From Candidatus Parcubacteria bacterium (GTDB lineage: Bacteria; Patescibacteriota; Minisyncoccia; UBA6257; 2-01-FULL-56-20): DNA of 64,000 nt. The translations under genes were made by a program, and so were the position numbers. Under the pieces are notes generated by a model, which did no database searches, had not been told where the DNA came from, and worked only from the letters and a program-made list of their open reading frames with translations. The DNA is taken from NCBI GenBank assembly GCA_003599135.1, contig QZIV01000007.1, forward strand, positions 3,944-67,943. Reading direction: 5' to 3'. Shown piece after piece: positions 9,674 to 21,225 of the stretch. Positions within the stretch are counted from its first letter, which is position 1. Every line of letters begins with the position of its first letter.

Positions 9674-11203
9674 ATGGAAACGTTCGGTGGAGCGACGTTA
9701 GTCGCTCTTGGTTTGGTTTTGGGTTTTCTCGTCGGGTACTTCGGACGGCGGTACTGGGCGCTACGGCAAACTAGCTCTTCCGAAAAGCGAGCTCAGACGC
9801 GGCTCGAAGAAGCAGAAGAGCGCGCTCGGAAACTTCTCGTTGATGCGGAAACGAAAGCCGCGGGTATTTTGGCCGATATCAAAAGCGAGGAGCGGGAGCG
9901 TAAGACACAGATAAGCGCTCTTGAAACCCGCCTGCTTCACCGCGAAGAAGCGCTCGAAAAAAAGGAAGTGTCGTTACATGAAGGAGAGCGAGCTCTTCAG
10001 ACCCGAGCTGAAAACCTGAAACGCGAAGAGGAGGAGCTTACGAGATTAAAACAGGAAATCGGAACCCGACTTGAGCGTGCGAGTGGTCTTTCGCGCGAAG
10101 CTGCAAAGGAAGAATTACTCCGGCAAGTACGGGAAGAAGAAAAAGAAGGACTTGCTTCCGTACTCCAGAAAATCGAGAAGGAACGCAGAGACGAAATCGA
10201 GAAAAAAGGCCTCGAGATTATCACCACGGCTCTTCAAAGGTACGCTCGATCGCACGTTTCGGAAATTACAACCACAGTTTTTCACCTCGGCGACGAGGAG
10301 TTGAAGGGGAAGATCATCGGCAGGGAAGGGAGAAACATCAAAGCGCTGGAGCGGGCGACGGGCGTGGAGCTCGTCATCGACGAAACTCCGGATAGTCTCA
10401 TCATTTCTTCGTTCGATCCGTACCGCCGCGAGGTGACGCGCATGGCCCTCGAGAAGCTCATCAAGGACGGACGCATCCAGCCCGCGAAGATCGAAGAGAA
10501 AGTGGAGGAAGCGAAACAGGAACTTAACAAACGAATCGCGGAGATTGGAGAGACCGCCGTACAAGAAGTGGGAGTCTACGACCTTCCGAAGGAGATAGTG
10601 CAGTTTCTCGGCCGGCTCCACTTCCGCACGAGCTACGGGCAGAATGTTCTTACTCATTCGATCGAAATGACCTATCTTGCGGCAATGATTGCGGGAGAGC
10701 TCGGACTGAACGTCGAGGTGGCGAAGAAAGGGGCGCTCCTTCACGACATCGGAAAAGCGATCGATCACGAAGTGGAGGGAACACACGTCGAGCTTGGACG
10801 GAAGCTTCTTATGAAGTATGGCGTGAGCGATCTTGTGGTTCAGGCGATGCAGTCGCATCACGACGATTATCCCTACGCGATTCCGGAAGCCTATATCGTG
10901 ACCGCGGCGGACGCTCTTTCCGCCGCCCGTCCGGGAGCTCGGCGAGGGACCCTTGAGACATATATCAAGCGCTTGGCGGACCTCGAGAAACTCGCGCTCG
11001 ATTTCCAGGGAGTAAAGAACGCCTATGCGATTGCCGCAGGCCGCGAACTTCGGGTGTTCGTGGTTCCGGAGAAAATCGACGACTTCCGAGCCCTTGAACT
11101 TGCTCGAGAAATTGCCAACAAGATTCAATCCGAGTTAAAATACCCCGGCGAGATTAAAGTGAACGTGATCCGCGAAATGCGGGCGGTTGAATACGCCCGG
11201 TAA
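9674..11203 (+). CDS. rny: Ribonuclease Y
   Basis: An N-terminal TM helix, a coiled-coil, a KH domain (GKIIGREGRNIKALE) and an HD domain (LLHDIGK) occur in the canonical order in a 509-aa ORF. Confidence 0.9.
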   Translation: METFGGATLVALGLVLGFLVGYFGRRYWALRQTSSSEKRAQTRLEEAEERARKLLVDAETKAAGILADIKSEERERKTQISALETRLLHREEALEKKEVSLHEGERALQTRAENLKREEEELTRLKQEIGTRLERASGLSREAAKEELLRQVREEEKEGLASVLQKIEKERRDEIEKKGLEIITTALQRYARSHVSEITTTVFHLGDEELKGKIIGREGRNIKALERATGVELVIDETPDSLIISSFDPYRREVTRMALEKLIKDGRIQPAKIEEKVEEAKQELNKRIAEIGETAVQEVGVYDLPKEIVQFLGRLHFRTSYGQNVLTHSIEMTYLAAMIAGELGLNVEVAKKGALLHDIGKAIDHEVEGTHVELGRKLLMKYGVSDLVVQAMQSHHDDYPYAIPEAYIVTAADALSAARPGARRGTLETYIKRLADLEKLALDFQGVKNAYAIAAGRELRVFVVPEKIDDFRALELAREIANKIQSELKYPGEIKVNVIREMRAVEYAR

Positions 11204-11207
11204 CCCA

Positions 11208-12632
11208 ATGTTTCTCAAAGCATCCCGATTTTTTTTGTACCTTGCGCCGCTCTGCGTCGCGGTTGTGCTCGTGGGAACGTTTTTCCCATTCATCGGAGGG
11301 AAATATTTCTTCTTCCGTGTCGCGGTAGAGCTCTCGTTTATTTTCTTCGTTCTGTGGTGGGGATTTGGAGCAGCGGAAGGGGAGGTGTTCCGGAGAATGA
11401 AGTCGCTGTTTTCGAAACCCTTGGTGATCGCGGTTTCAGTGTTCGTTTTGGTTTTCCTTCTCGCGACGGTTTTCGCCGACAATCCTGGCGGGGCCTTCTG
11501 GTCTAATTACGAACGCGGCGACGGAGGGTTTCAGATGATTCACTATTACCTTTTCTTTTTACTCTCCGTCTTTCTTTTCAGGGAGTGGACTCATTGGCGG
11601 CTCCTGTTCCGAGTTTCTCTCGCGGCGGCGGCACTCATGATTCTTTACGGGCTATTTGGATACTTCGCAATCCTTTCGCCGAATCTTTTCTGTTCAGAAT
11701 CTTCCGGACCGCACCCAGTCCAGCAATGCATCAGTTTCATCACGCCGTACCAGGGGCAGGGGGCAACCATTCCCAAAACATTATGGGGGCTTTTCACGCA
11801 AAACCGATTCCAGGGATCTTTGGGAAATCCCGCGTACGTTGCTCCTTATCTAATGTTTTCGATGTTCTACGCTCTTTATCTCTGGGGACGGGAACGAGGA
11901 GGTCGCCAGTTAGTCCGAAACATTCTGTACGGATCTTCTCTTCTGGTATTTCTTTTCTTCTTTTTCATCAGTCAAACTAGAGGCGCCTTCCTCGGCTTGG
12001 GCGCCGCCATATTTTTCTTTTTTATTTATCTTGCTTTGGAGAAAAAAGAATGGCGCATAAAGATCGGAGCGACGGCCGCGATTCTCGTCGTTCTCACCTC
12101 AATCCTCGTTTACAACCGCAAGAGCGATTTCGTTACAAGTCTTCCCGGGGGTCGACTTTTCGATTTGTCGTTTTCGGAACAAACGGTGCAAACTCGTTTG
12201 TGGACGTGGGGATCGGCGTGGAAAGGATTTCTGGAGCGACCGATCTTGGGATGGGGGCCGGAGAATTTTAGCGCGGTTTTCGACAAGCATTTCGATCCAA
12301 GGCATTACGTTCCCGGGCAAAATACGGAAACTTGGTTCGATCGAGCCCACAGCGTCTTCTTCGATTATCTGGCGGAGACGGGTATTTTGGGAGCGCTAAG
12401 CTACCTTGCGATATTCATCATCTTTTACAGAGAATTTTTCCGTTTCCGTGGACGGTTGCTTGGAGAGAGAAACGCCGAGATTTCTCCTTCGCTGCTCCGA
12501 TCTTTTATATTTGCGCTTCCGATTGGTTATCTCGTGCAGGGCCTCGCTCTTTTCGACGTACTTCCCATCTACATCAACTTTTTTCTTTTCCTCGGTTTCG
12601 GCTCGTGGTTATTCTATAAAGAGGAAGCATGA
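11208..12632 (+). CDS. O-antigen ligase/polymerase family (Wzy_C-type) polytopic membrane protein
   Basis: Ten or more TM helices and the ISQTRGAFLGLG block resemble the O-antigen ligase signature. The start was chosen at the Met just after the rny stop. Confidence 0.6.
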   Translation: MFLKASRFFLYLAPLCVAVVLVGTFFPFIGGKYFFFRVAVELSFIFFVLWWGFGAAEGEVFRRMKSLFSKPLVIAVSVFVLVFLLATVFADNPGGAFWSNYERGDGGFQMIHYYLFFLLSVFLFREWTHWRLLFRVSLAAAALMILYGLFGYFAILSPNLFCSESSGPHPVQQCISFITPYQGQGATIPKTLWGLFTQNRFQGSLGNPAYVAPYLMFSMFYALYLWGRERGGRQLVRNILYGSSLLVFLFFFFISQTRGAFLGLGAAIFFFFIYLALEKKEWRIKIGATAAILVVLTSILVYNRKSDFVTSLPGGRLFDLSFSEQTVQTRLWTWGSAWKGFLERPILGWGPENFSAVFDKHFDPRHYVPGQNTETWFDRAHSVFFDYLAETGILGALSYLAIFIIFYREFFRFRGRLLGERNAEISPSLLRSFIFALPIGYLVQGLALFDVLPIYINFFLFLGFGSWLFYKEEA

Positions 12633-13261
12633 ACAAGACACTCAAAGGAGTAATCGCTGTTATTCTCTCTCTCATCACGCTGTGCGTGCTTTACTACGGT
12701 TCTTATCTGCCGTTTAAAAAATCACGCGCGTTTATCTCGACACTCCGAGAACTCGGAGCCGCAAAGTCGTTCCAGGAGTTTACGGAGAAGCTTTCGGTTC
12801 CGCTCGACATGCCCTCGCCCATCGGGCAGGAGGAGTTAGTGAGAAATGCGGGGAGCGCAGTTTTAAACATCGTAATCGGGAACGGCGCGAATAACCCCGC
12901 GCTTGTCGCGGCGGCCGTAAAGTACCTCGAAGACTACTACAGCCCCATCATCGAGAGTGGGAGCGGGATGAGTTTTGAGCAGAATCTTTACATCCTCGGT
13001 CTGGTCAATCAGGTTGCGTTCGAGCACACAAGGGATCCTCGGTATTTTGATGCCGCGAAACGCTATTACAGCCAGGGGCTGGCTCTTGGTCCCCGCCGAC
13101 CCCAGTTTTTGTACGGGATATTTGATATATACCGCGTTGAAGGAAACCTTGAGAAGGTCCGTGAAACGGCAAACCAGATCTTGGCGCAGTGGCCAGGGGA
13201 TGAAAAAATCCGGAAGTTTCTGGAAGAATTAGAAAAGGGTCAGGGTCAAAACACCGAGTAG
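12629..13261 (+). CDS. Hypothetical membrane-anchored helical protein
   Basis: The 210-aa ORF has an N-terminal TM helix and overlaps the upstream gene by 4 nt (ATGA). No recognizable motif. Confidence 0.45.
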   Translation: MNKTLKGVIAVILSLITLCVLYYGSYLPFKKSRAFISTLRELGAAKSFQEFTEKLSVPLDMPSPIGQEELVRNAGSAVLNIVIGNGANNPALVAAAVKYLEDYYSPIIESGSGMSFEQNLYILGLVNQVAFEHTRDPRYFDAAKRYYSQGLALGPRRPQFLYGIFDIYRVEGNLEKVRETANQILAQWPGDEKIRKFLEELEKGQGQNTE

Positions 13262-13290
13262 GATCGACTTTCTGGAATTATAAGACGCGC

Positions 13291-14310
13291 ATGAAAAAAG
13301 CATTAATCACCGGCATTACTGGCCAAGACGGTTCGTATCTTGCGGAACTTCTCCTTCGGAAGGGGTACGAAGTGCACGGCGTCATGCGTCGGGCGTCAAC
13401 GTTCAACACGGGAAGAATCGATCACATCTACCAGGACCCGCATGAAGCGGGAAGACGCCTCGTGCTCCACTTCGGAGACTTGTCTGATGCGAACACAATC
13501 AGGAAACTTATTTACAAGATTCAGCCCGATGAGATCTACAATCTCGGAGCCCAATCCCACGTCCGCGTATCCTTCGACATTCCGGAATATACGGCGAACA
13601 TCACGGGGATAGGAGTTCTCCGAATTCTCGAGGCGATTAAAGATTACGAGGAACATACGGGTAAGAAAGTTAAATTCTACCAAGCCTCAAGTTCTGAGAT
13701 GTTCGGAGCGGCGCCCCCGCCGCAAAACGAGGAAACCAAGTTCTATCCGCGGAGTCCGTACGGAGTTGCGAAAGTTTTTGCGTTCGACACCGTGCGGAAC
13801 TACCGCGAGGCGTACGGTATTTTTGCGGTGAACGGGATTCTTTTTAACCACGAGTCAGAGCGTCGCGGGCAGACATTCCTCACAAGAAAAGTTACTCGCG
13901 GAGTCGCGCGGATCAAGGCAGGCCTCGACAAGAAAATCTATCTCGGCAACCTCGAAGCCAAAAGAGACTGGGGGTATGCCCCGGAATACGTCGAAGCAAT
14001 GTGGCTCATGCTCCAGCAAACCGAGCCGGATGATTTTGTGGCTGGGACCGGGAAAAGCCACACCGTTCGAGAGTTCGTTGAACTTGCGTTTCGGCACGCG
14101 GGATTGTCAAACTGGGAGGACTACGTTGGAGTGGATCCTCGGTACTATCGCCCGACCGAGGTTCAGCACCTAGTTGCTGATTCTCGGAAAGCGAAGGAGA
14201 AACTCGGCTGGGAAGCGAAAACCGATTTTGAGACGCTCGTAAAAATCATGCTGAAGCATGACCTCGAGGCGCACGGTCTCAAGGAAGACGCAGCGAACAT
14301 TAAGCTTTAA
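13291..14310 (+). CDS. gmd: GDP-mannose 4,6-dehydratase
   Basis: The start [29 protein letters not shown], the NLGAQSHV block and 339 aa give a classic Gmd signature. Confidence 0.9.
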   Translation: MKKALITGITGQDGSYLAELLLRKGYEVHGVMRRASTFNTGRIDHIYQDPHEAGRRLVLHFGDLSDANTIRKLIYKIQPDEIYNLGAQSHVRVSFDIPEYTANITGIGVLRILEAIKDYEEHTGKKVKFYQASSSEMFGAAPPPQNEETKFYPRSPYGVAKVFAFDTVRNYREAYGIFAVNGILFNHESERRGQTFLTRKVTRGVARIKAGLDKKIYLGNLEAKRDWGYAPEYVEAMWLMLQQTEPDDFVAGTGKSHTVREFVELAFRHAGLSNWEDYVGVDPRYYRPTEVQHLVADSRKAKEKLGWEAKTDFETLVKIMLKHDLEAHGLKEDAANIKL

Positions 14311-14765
14311 TGGCACGAGAGCGGGTTATCGAGCGATCGCTCTATCGGCGGATTCTTGAAGTGATCCCGATACCCTGTGTCGACATGGTCATCATCCACG
14401 GCACGCGTTTTCTTCTTGGAAAACGGAAGAATAAACCTGCGCGGGGTAAGTGGTGGCTCATCGGAGGCCGAGTGTATAAGGGAGAACTTCTCCGCAACGC
14501 AGTGTCGCGGAAAGCGAAAGAAGAAGCGGGGCTTCGTGACATAAAAATCAAGAAGCTTATTGGCGCGCGGGAAACTATGTTCAAGAACAGCGCTCAGGGA
14601 CCTTCTGCTCACACTATCAATTCGGTATTCTTAGTGGAATCCAGATCGTCGCGCCACCTTCTGCCGAACGACAATCAAAATGTCGAACTTCGGTGGTTCT
14701 CTCGAGTAGACAAAAGATGGCCGCCATACGTAAAAGAAATGATCCGTCTGGCGGGGTTTAGATAG
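14310..14765 (+). CDS. Nudix hydrolase, GDP-mannose mannosyl hydrolase-like
   Basis: A Nudix box (GGRVYKGELLRNAVSRKAKEEAGL) is present. The start overlaps the gmd stop (TAATG), the same gmd-gmm context seen in colanic-acid clusters. Confidence 0.6.
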   Translation: MARERVIERSLYRRILEVIPIPCVDMVIIHGTRFLLGKRKNKPARGKWWLIGGRVYKGELLRNAVSRKAKEEAGLRDIKIKKLIGARETMFKNSAQGPSAHTINSVFLVESRSSRHLLPNDNQNVELRWFSRVDKRWPPYVKEMIRLAGFR

Positions 14766-14836
14766 AGATATAAACCCGGATCAGAGAAAATCTATTGATA
14801 GGGAAAGCCTGGTAGTGTTATGTTATTGGGGCATTG

Positions 14837-15760
14837 ATGAACCTTCGGAGCAAAAAGATTCTTGTCACGGGGGGTGCGGGGTTCTTGGGAAAGCATGTTG
14901 TCCGGAAACTCGTCGAACACGGAGTTCCGGAAGGCAATATTGCAGTACCTCAAGCAGAGGATTGCGATCTCCGCTTCGTCGAGAACTCCCGGCGCGCCGT
15001 CCGGGGGAACGACGTAGTCGTCCACCTCGCCGGAGTTACCGGAGGAATCGAATTTCACCGGCAACATCCCGCGAGCGTCTTTTACGATAACTTGATGATG
15101 GGCGTGCAGCTCATGGAAGCGGCGCGGGAAAAAGGAGTCGAAAAATTTGTCACCATCGGGAGCGCAACCGAGTACCCCGAACGAGCACCTCTCCCTTTTA
15201 AGGAGGAGACGCTCTGGGACGGGTTTCCGGAGAAACTGCACGCGCCGTACACAGTTGCGAAGAAGATGCTTCTTGTGCAGGCGCAAGCGTATCGGAAGCA
15301 GTACAACTTCAACGCTACTCATCTGCTTCTCACCAACATGTACGGCCCCGGAGAAAAGATTGAGGAAACCAGTTTTGTAATCCCGATGCTCATCAAGCGC
15401 ATCGGAGAGGCCAAGAAAACAGGAGCAAACTTCATCGACGTATGGGGCACCGGCAGGGCAACGCGTGATTTTCTCTATGTCGAGGACGCAGCGGAGGCCA
15501 TTTTTCTTGCCGCCGAGCGATATGACAAACCCGAACCGGTTAACATCGCCTCAGGGTGGGAGATCTCGATACAAGAGCTCGTGGAGCTCATCGCGAAACT
15601 CATGGGTTTCCAGGGCGAAATTCGATGGGATACCTCGAAGCCCGAAGGCCAGCTCCGCAGGATTCTCGATGCCTCGAAAGCCGAACGGGAATTTGGATTT
15701 CGTGCAAAGGTTGATTTTGAAACCGGATTGCAGAAGACGATTCATTCTCACGGGTATTGA
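14837..15760 (+). CDS. GDP-L-fucose synthase-like NAD(P)-dependent epimerase/reductase (paralog 1)
   Basis: It has a GGAGFLG Rossmann motif, Fcl-type length and a TNMYGPGE...FVIPMLIKRI block matching the Fcl NLYGP...SHVIPALL region. The ATG is 3 nt inside the track's TTG start. Confidence 0.6.
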   Translation: MNLRSKKILVTGGAGFLGKHVVRKLVEHGVPEGNIAVPQAEDCDLRFVENSRRAVRGNDVVVHLAGVTGGIEFHRQHPASVFYDNLMMGVQLMEAAREKGVEKFVTIGSATEYPERAPLPFKEETLWDGFPEKLHAPYTVAKKMLLVQAQAYRKQYNFNATHLLLTNMYGPGEKIEETSFVIPMLIKRIGEAKKTGANFIDVWGTGRATRDFLYVEDAAEAIFLAAERYDKPEPVNIASGWEISIQELVELIAKLMGFQGEIRWDTSKPEGQLRRILDASKAEREFGFRAKVDFETGLQKTIHSHGY

Positions 15761-16708
<948 letters not shown>

Positions 16709-16717
16709 ACTCTCGTC

Positions 16718-17947
16718 ATGAAAATTGCGATTGTATGCAACAATCTCTCCTTTATTACTGGCGGGCCGCGGCTTGCTTTTGAACTGGCGAGGCATCTTGG
16801 CAAGCTTGGGCACACTGTTGTGATATACGCCCCGGATTCGGGGGGGGCGCATTTCAGCGATGTTCTCGGAGACCTCGACATCCGGGTAGTGGAAGCAAAG
16901 CCAACGGTGTCGAGATCGGGAGGTTTTTTGGGGTGGATTACCGCAAAAATTCGCGAGGAGCGCCGGGACGTGGAGCTCGCGAAGACCATTGCGAAGACAA
17001 TGGATGACGACTTTGATGTCGTGAACGTGCACGATATCGCGTATCGCACCGGCTACTTTTATAAAAAGAGGAATCCGAATGCGAAGGTGATATGGCAAGA
17101 GAACATCCCCCTATTTGTCTACGTGAAGAGAAGAAAAATCTTTCACGATATTGTGGGCGCGCTGTACTGGATTCTGAAGCGATTCATCGACCGGAAATAC
17201 TACGCCGCCATCGACGGCGTTTCCGTACTCGATAAACTTACAAAAAAACTCAGAGAAGATCGTGGCGGGAGGAACGTCCGCATCATCCGCGCCGGGATAG
17301 ATTTCGAGAAATTCTATGCCCCGGTCAAAAGTTTCCGGAGGAAGGCGGCGAAGAAAGAAGTGCATCTGCTTGCAGTGGGGGCGCTGAACGAAGCGCGCCG
17401 GTTCGACAATATCATCGAAGCAGTCCGGCTTCTCAGGGAGTGGGGATATAATGCGCGGGCGCTTATCGTGGCACACAACACGTGGCGCCAGGATAAGTGT
17501 CGGGACGATCTCATGGCACTCATAAAACGCTATCACCTCGAACCTTATGTAGTATTCCGATTCGATGGTATGCCCGAATTGGAACTTGTTGCGGCGTTCC
17601 AGGGAGCCGATATTTTCGTCCAGGCGGTATACGCCCCGCCGCCATCACACCAAGGCTGGGGGCTCGTGAACTTCGAGGCGATGTCGGCAGGGGTGCCGGT
17701 TGTCCTCATTAAGTCGTCTACCGCGGCGGAAGTGCTTGCGGATGGGGAAAATGTTTTTCTCTTCGAGCCTCTCCACCCCGAGCAGATCGCTGAGAAGATC
17801 AAGTTTCTGGTTGATTACCCCGAGATCTACGACAGCGCAGCGCGGACGGGTCAGGCTTTCGTGCGGGACAATTTGTCCTGGAGGAAGTTTGCCGAGGAGA
17901 TGCTCAGCTTTTTCGAGGATATTCGGCGTTTGCCGGAGAGGCGATAG
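16718..17947 (+). CDS. Glycosyltransferase family 4 (GT-B fold)
   Basis: The C-terminal E-x7-E region (GWGLVNFEAMSAGVPVV) is typical of GT4 retaining enzymes. Confidence 0.75.
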   Translation: MKIAIVCNNLSFITGGPRLAFELARHLGKLGHTVVIYAPDSGGAHFSDVLGDLDIRVVEAKPTVSRSGGFLGWITAKIREERRDVELAKTIAKTMDDDFDVVNVHDIAYRTGYFYKKRNPNAKVIWQENIPLFVYVKRRKIFHDIVGALYWILKRFIDRKYYAAIDGVSVLDKLTKKLREDRGGRNVRIIRAGIDFEKFYAPVKSFRRKAAKKEVHLLAVGALNEARRFDNIIEAVRLLREWGYNARALIVAHNTWRQDKCRDDLMALIKRYHLEPYVVFRFDGMPELELVAAFQGADIFVQAVYAPPPSHQGWGLVNFEAMSAGVPVVLIKSSTAAEVLADGENVFLFEPLHPEQIAEKIKFLVDYPEIYDSAARTGQAFVRDNLSWRKFAEEMLSFFEDIRRLPERR

Positions 17948-20408
17948 TGTTCCGGAGCGCCGGATATGCAAAGGAGCCGATTGCGCCGATGAGGCAGGCG
18001 AGAGAAACCGCAATGCTTGGCCAGAACCACCAGGGTTTGTATCGGAAGACGACTATGTGTTCGCCGCGCGGCAGAAAAACTCCGCGGAAAAGGACATTCG
18101 CTGGGTAAATAGAAGTTCTCTCGCCGTCGATATAAGCGTTCCAGCCGGAGTAGAACGTATCGGTCAAGACGAGTACGCCATCCCGGTCCGTTTCGCTTCG
18201 CAGTACAACCTCGTTTTCTTTGTATTCTAGGACAGTTGCTGCCACGAGGTTTTCCGTCGCGGCTCGCGGGACGAGAGAGAGAACGTTCTCATCTTCGAGG
18301 ATGACGCTCACGCGTGGATCGAACGACGGTTCGTAGAATATGCGTCGAGCTTCGGAGGGCGACGAGGCAGATCGAGTGTTAAATACCACATACGCCTTAG
18401 GAAGCACTCCGAGGTTCTCATAGATTCGAAGGTCGCGGTCGTAGATGAGGCGAAAGTCACGCGAGGCAGGGAGTTCTTGTTCCGATATGAGATATCGGAT
18501 GTTGTATGCGTCAAGAAAGTTCTTCGGGATTTCGGATAGCCGTGATGCGGGCCAAAGTCCGTCGATGGGATTTTCCTCGAGAATCGGTTGGGGGAGGAAT
18601 GAGAAGTATCTCTGTGGTTTAATAACAGAATTGTTTTGAGATCGTTGTATGCGGTAGACATCGCCGAGGTGTCCCGCAAAGACGTTCCCCACCGAAAACG
18701 TCCTCGCCACGCCTTTCTTGGAGTATTCACTTTGGAGGAATTGAACGTACGGGGGGGTTTGGGCATACGGATCAAGATAGCGGAAACCGTCCCGTACCTT
18801 CGGCATATAGAACCATAGTTCGAACGCGGTGAGGATGAGCAATGCATGCACTGCGTACCGCTGTTTCTTTTGTGCGAGAAAAAAGATGGCGAGCGCGAGG
18901 CCGCCGAAGAAGATTGCTTCGGCGAACAGTACAAGGGTGAGGTATTCGCCGTGATCTTGCATGATTCCCAAGACGAATTCTTGGAGAACGCGTGGCCAGC
19001 TTTCCGTGAGTGCGACAACTTTTTTGATCATTTCAGGCCTCCGGTTAAAGAAATCGAAATTCGGAACGTAGGTGGCGAGAAATGCGCTTTTGAAAAACGC
19101 ATATGCTCCTGCGAAAAGGACTGGGATCGTCGCAATGAGGGTGTAAAACTTTCGCCATCGTACGAGTTCTCCGCGCTCGCGTTCGCGAAGCATGTGTTCG
19201 AACGCGATTGAAGCGCAGATAACGATCGCGAGAGCCAGAGATCCGTACGCTTTATACCAGCCGATTTGTTGGAGAATAGGCAGCGTCCCTATCCAGTGCA
19301 CAATTGGGAAGCCGGCGTTTTTGAGGATGATGAATCCGATCCACGCATAGAGCGGGAAGAGTGGGAAAGGTTTTTTCTTAAGGAACAGGCTCACAAGGAA
19401 CAGGAGGATGACGCTCACACCGACGTAGGGGATAATCACTTCGTATCGGTCGAAAAGATGACCGCTCGCGGCAACTTCCGGCATCATCGTCGGAGTGATG
19501 AGGAAATGAAGAAGCTGTATCGGAGCGAAACTTGTTAATCCCTTACTCACCCACGCGGCAATGGTTCCGCCCTGCTTCCAATTGATGAGGAAATCAATAA
19601 TAAAAGGAGATGCAATCGCGCAGGCGACCGCAATAACTATCGTTGCGTGACCCACGAGTATCCACCAGTCTTTTCGTGAGGCGGTCTGCCTCGTCGCTTT
19701 CCACCCGAAGTAGAGTAAGAGGAAAAGGAACGCGATGATTGCCGATTGCGGTTGACCAACGAGAATAATAAAAGAGAACAAGATACCTATGAGCGCTGCT
19801 CGTGCAGCACTCCGTGTACGAAAGAAGTATTCGATTGAGAGGAGGGTCCACGGGAGCAGACTTTCTATGTCGAGGAAAGAGAATGTAAGATACAGCATCA
19901 AGTATCCGCAGAACATGTACGCGATGCCACCCCACAGGGCTACACTCTTTCGTAGGTCCAAGAACCGCAGATAGAGAAATGTGCCCAGCCCGGTGATGAA
20001 AAATCTGAGCAGAAAATACCAGTCGAATGCGCGCGTGGAGTCCCACAGAAAAGAAAAAATAAACCGCAAAGGATAATAAATATTTACGGGATTGTTCGGG
20101 ATCGGCGCCTCGCCGCCTCCGGAGTACGGAGTCCACAACGGCGGCACGCCTTTCTTTACCATCGCAATCTCGCTTTTAACGAGCGGAATGACATCAAGCG
20201 TATGCCACCCGCCGTCAACCTGCCACAGTGTCTTTACGTTTGGGTCGGGCGAGGGCTGCGAGTAGAACGTCGGCACCGCTTCAGTAAGAGACTGCCATCC
20301 GATCACCACGGGAAAGAAGAACAGGAGAATGATAAGCGCAAGCCAAAAACTTCCGTAGAGAAGGTCGAAGGAGAACAAAGTGCGAATGCGGTTAAGGAGA
20401 TATTGCAT
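17904..20408 (-). CDS. YfhO-like / GT-C type large polytopic membrane glycosyltransferase
   Basis: The 834-aa ORF has about 14 TM helices in the first ~530 aa and then a ~300-aa soluble C-terminal domain. It sits next to a GtrB-like GT2. Confidence 0.5.
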   Translation of the reverse strand: MQYLLNRIRTLFSFDLLYGSFWLALIILLFFFPVVIGWQSLTEAVPTFYSQPSPDPNVKTLWQVDGGWHTLDVIPLVKSEIAMVKKGVPPLWTPYSGGGEAPIPNNPVNIYYPLRFIFSFLWDSTRAFDWYFLLRFFITGLGTFLYLRFLDLRKSVALWGGIAYMFCGYLMLYLTFSFLDIESLLPWTLLSIEYFFRTRSAARAALIGILFSFIILVGQPQSAIIAFLFLLLYFGWKATRQTASRKDWWILVGHATIVIAVACAIASPFIIDFLINWKQGGTIAAWVSKGLTSFAPIQLLHFLITPTMMPEVAASGHLFDRYEVIIPYVGVSVILLFLVSLFLKKKPFPLFPLYAWIGFIILKNAGFPIVHWIGTLPILQQIGWYKAYGSLALAIVICASIAFEHMLRERERGELVRWRKFYTLIATIPVLFAGAYAFFKSAFLATYVPNFDFFNRRPEMIKKVVALTESWPRVLQEFVLGIMQDHGEYLTLVLFAEAIFFGGLALAIFFLAQKKQRYAVHALLILTAFELWFYMPKVRDGFRYLDPYAQTPPYVQFLQSEYSKKGVARTFSVGNVFAGHLGDVYRIQRSQNNSVIKPQRYFSFLPQPILEENPIDGLWPASRLSEIPKNFLDAYNIRYLISEQELPASRDFRLIYDRDLRIYENLGVLPKAYVVFNTRSASSPSEARRIFYEPSFDPRVSVILEDENVLSLVPRAATENLVAATVLEYKENEVVLRSETDRDGVLVLTDTFYSGWNAYIDGERTSIYPANVLFRGVFLPRGEHIVVFRYKPWWFWPSIAVSLACLIGAIGSFAYPALRNTIASPANAEYPRKS

Positions 20409-20429
20409 ATCCTTCTCCGAGAACAGGTT

Positions 20430-21182
20430 CTACGTTGGCTGGTGTAATTGCACGCGGAGCGCTTCGAGTTTTTTCGCGAGATGAAACCTCATCTTAACCA
20501 TCTCTTGTATCGCTCGCAGACTGTCGCTTACCATCTTTACCGTGCTTTTCCTTTCCGGATAGCGATCGTGCCAAGTAATGGGAAGTTCTTTCACAGCGAT
20601 ACCGAGCCGTTCGACAAGAAGCAGAAACTCAAGTTCAGACCACCAGGTAGGATCCTCCGTTTCGAGCATGATCGGCGTCGTTCGTTCGTTCATCATTTTG
20701 AGAGGGCACTGCGAATCGCTTGCACGGAGACCGGTGATCATTCGTGCGAGCATAAGAAATATCATTGAACTTCCGTTGCGCAAGAACGATCGTTCTTGCG
20801 CCGCGCTTTTTACAGCGAAGCGCGTGCCAACGACTACCTCACATTCACTTCCAAGAATCATTCGGAGTCCCTGTACTATCTCCTCTGGGGAGATTGGGAG
20901 GTCTGCGTCGGTAAATGCGACGACGCCTCCTCCGGCCGAACGAAAAGCTTCGCGAATCGCCCTGCCGCGCCCTTTTTCTTTGAGGCGGACCGTGCTCACA
21001 CGAGAGTCATTCATGGCGTCGACGAGGTCCGCCGTATGGTCAGTTGATGCGTTATCGGCAACGATAACGTGCCATGGGCATGGGCATAGAGCGGCAAAAG
21101 CGTCGCAGATCGTTTTTATAGTTTCGCGGATAATTGAGGCCTCGTTATACGCAGGGATAACGAGCGTGAATTTCGTGGCCAT
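20430..21182 (-). CDS. GT2 polyprenyl-phosphate glycosyltransferase (GtrB/CsbB/DPM1-like)
   Basis: VIPAYNEASII, VADNASTDHT and TDADL motifs are present in a ~250-aa soluble GT-A ORF. The ATG at 21182 is preferred over the track's TTG. Confidence 0.7.
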   Translation of the reverse strand: MATKFTLVIPAYNEASIIRETIKTICDAFAALCPCPWHVIVADNASTDHTADLVDAMNDSRVSTVRLKEKGRGRAIREAFRSAGGGVVAFTDADLPISPEEIVQGLRMILGSECEVVVGTRFAVKSAAQERSFLRNGSSMIFLMLARMITGLRASDSQCPLKMMNERTTPIMLETEDPTWWSELEFLLLVERLGIAVKELPITWHDRYPERKSTVKMVSDSLRAIQEMVKMRFHLAKKLEALRVQLHQPT

Positions 21183-21225
21183 AGAGAACAATGGTTAGTA
21201 TAGCAACGAAACTATCGCGAGCAAA

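Noticed and set aside
10115-11128. 337-aa minus-strand ORF entirely inside rny
   Set aside because: Antisense to a gene with unambiguous KH and HD domain motifs. The high-GC genome generates long spurious antisense ORFs, and this one has low-complexity, Arg/Ser-rich composition.
14795-14827. Possible promoter TTGATA-17-TTATGT upstream of the first fcl-like gene
   Set aside because: The -10 hexamer matches only 2 of 6 consensus positions; not supportable.
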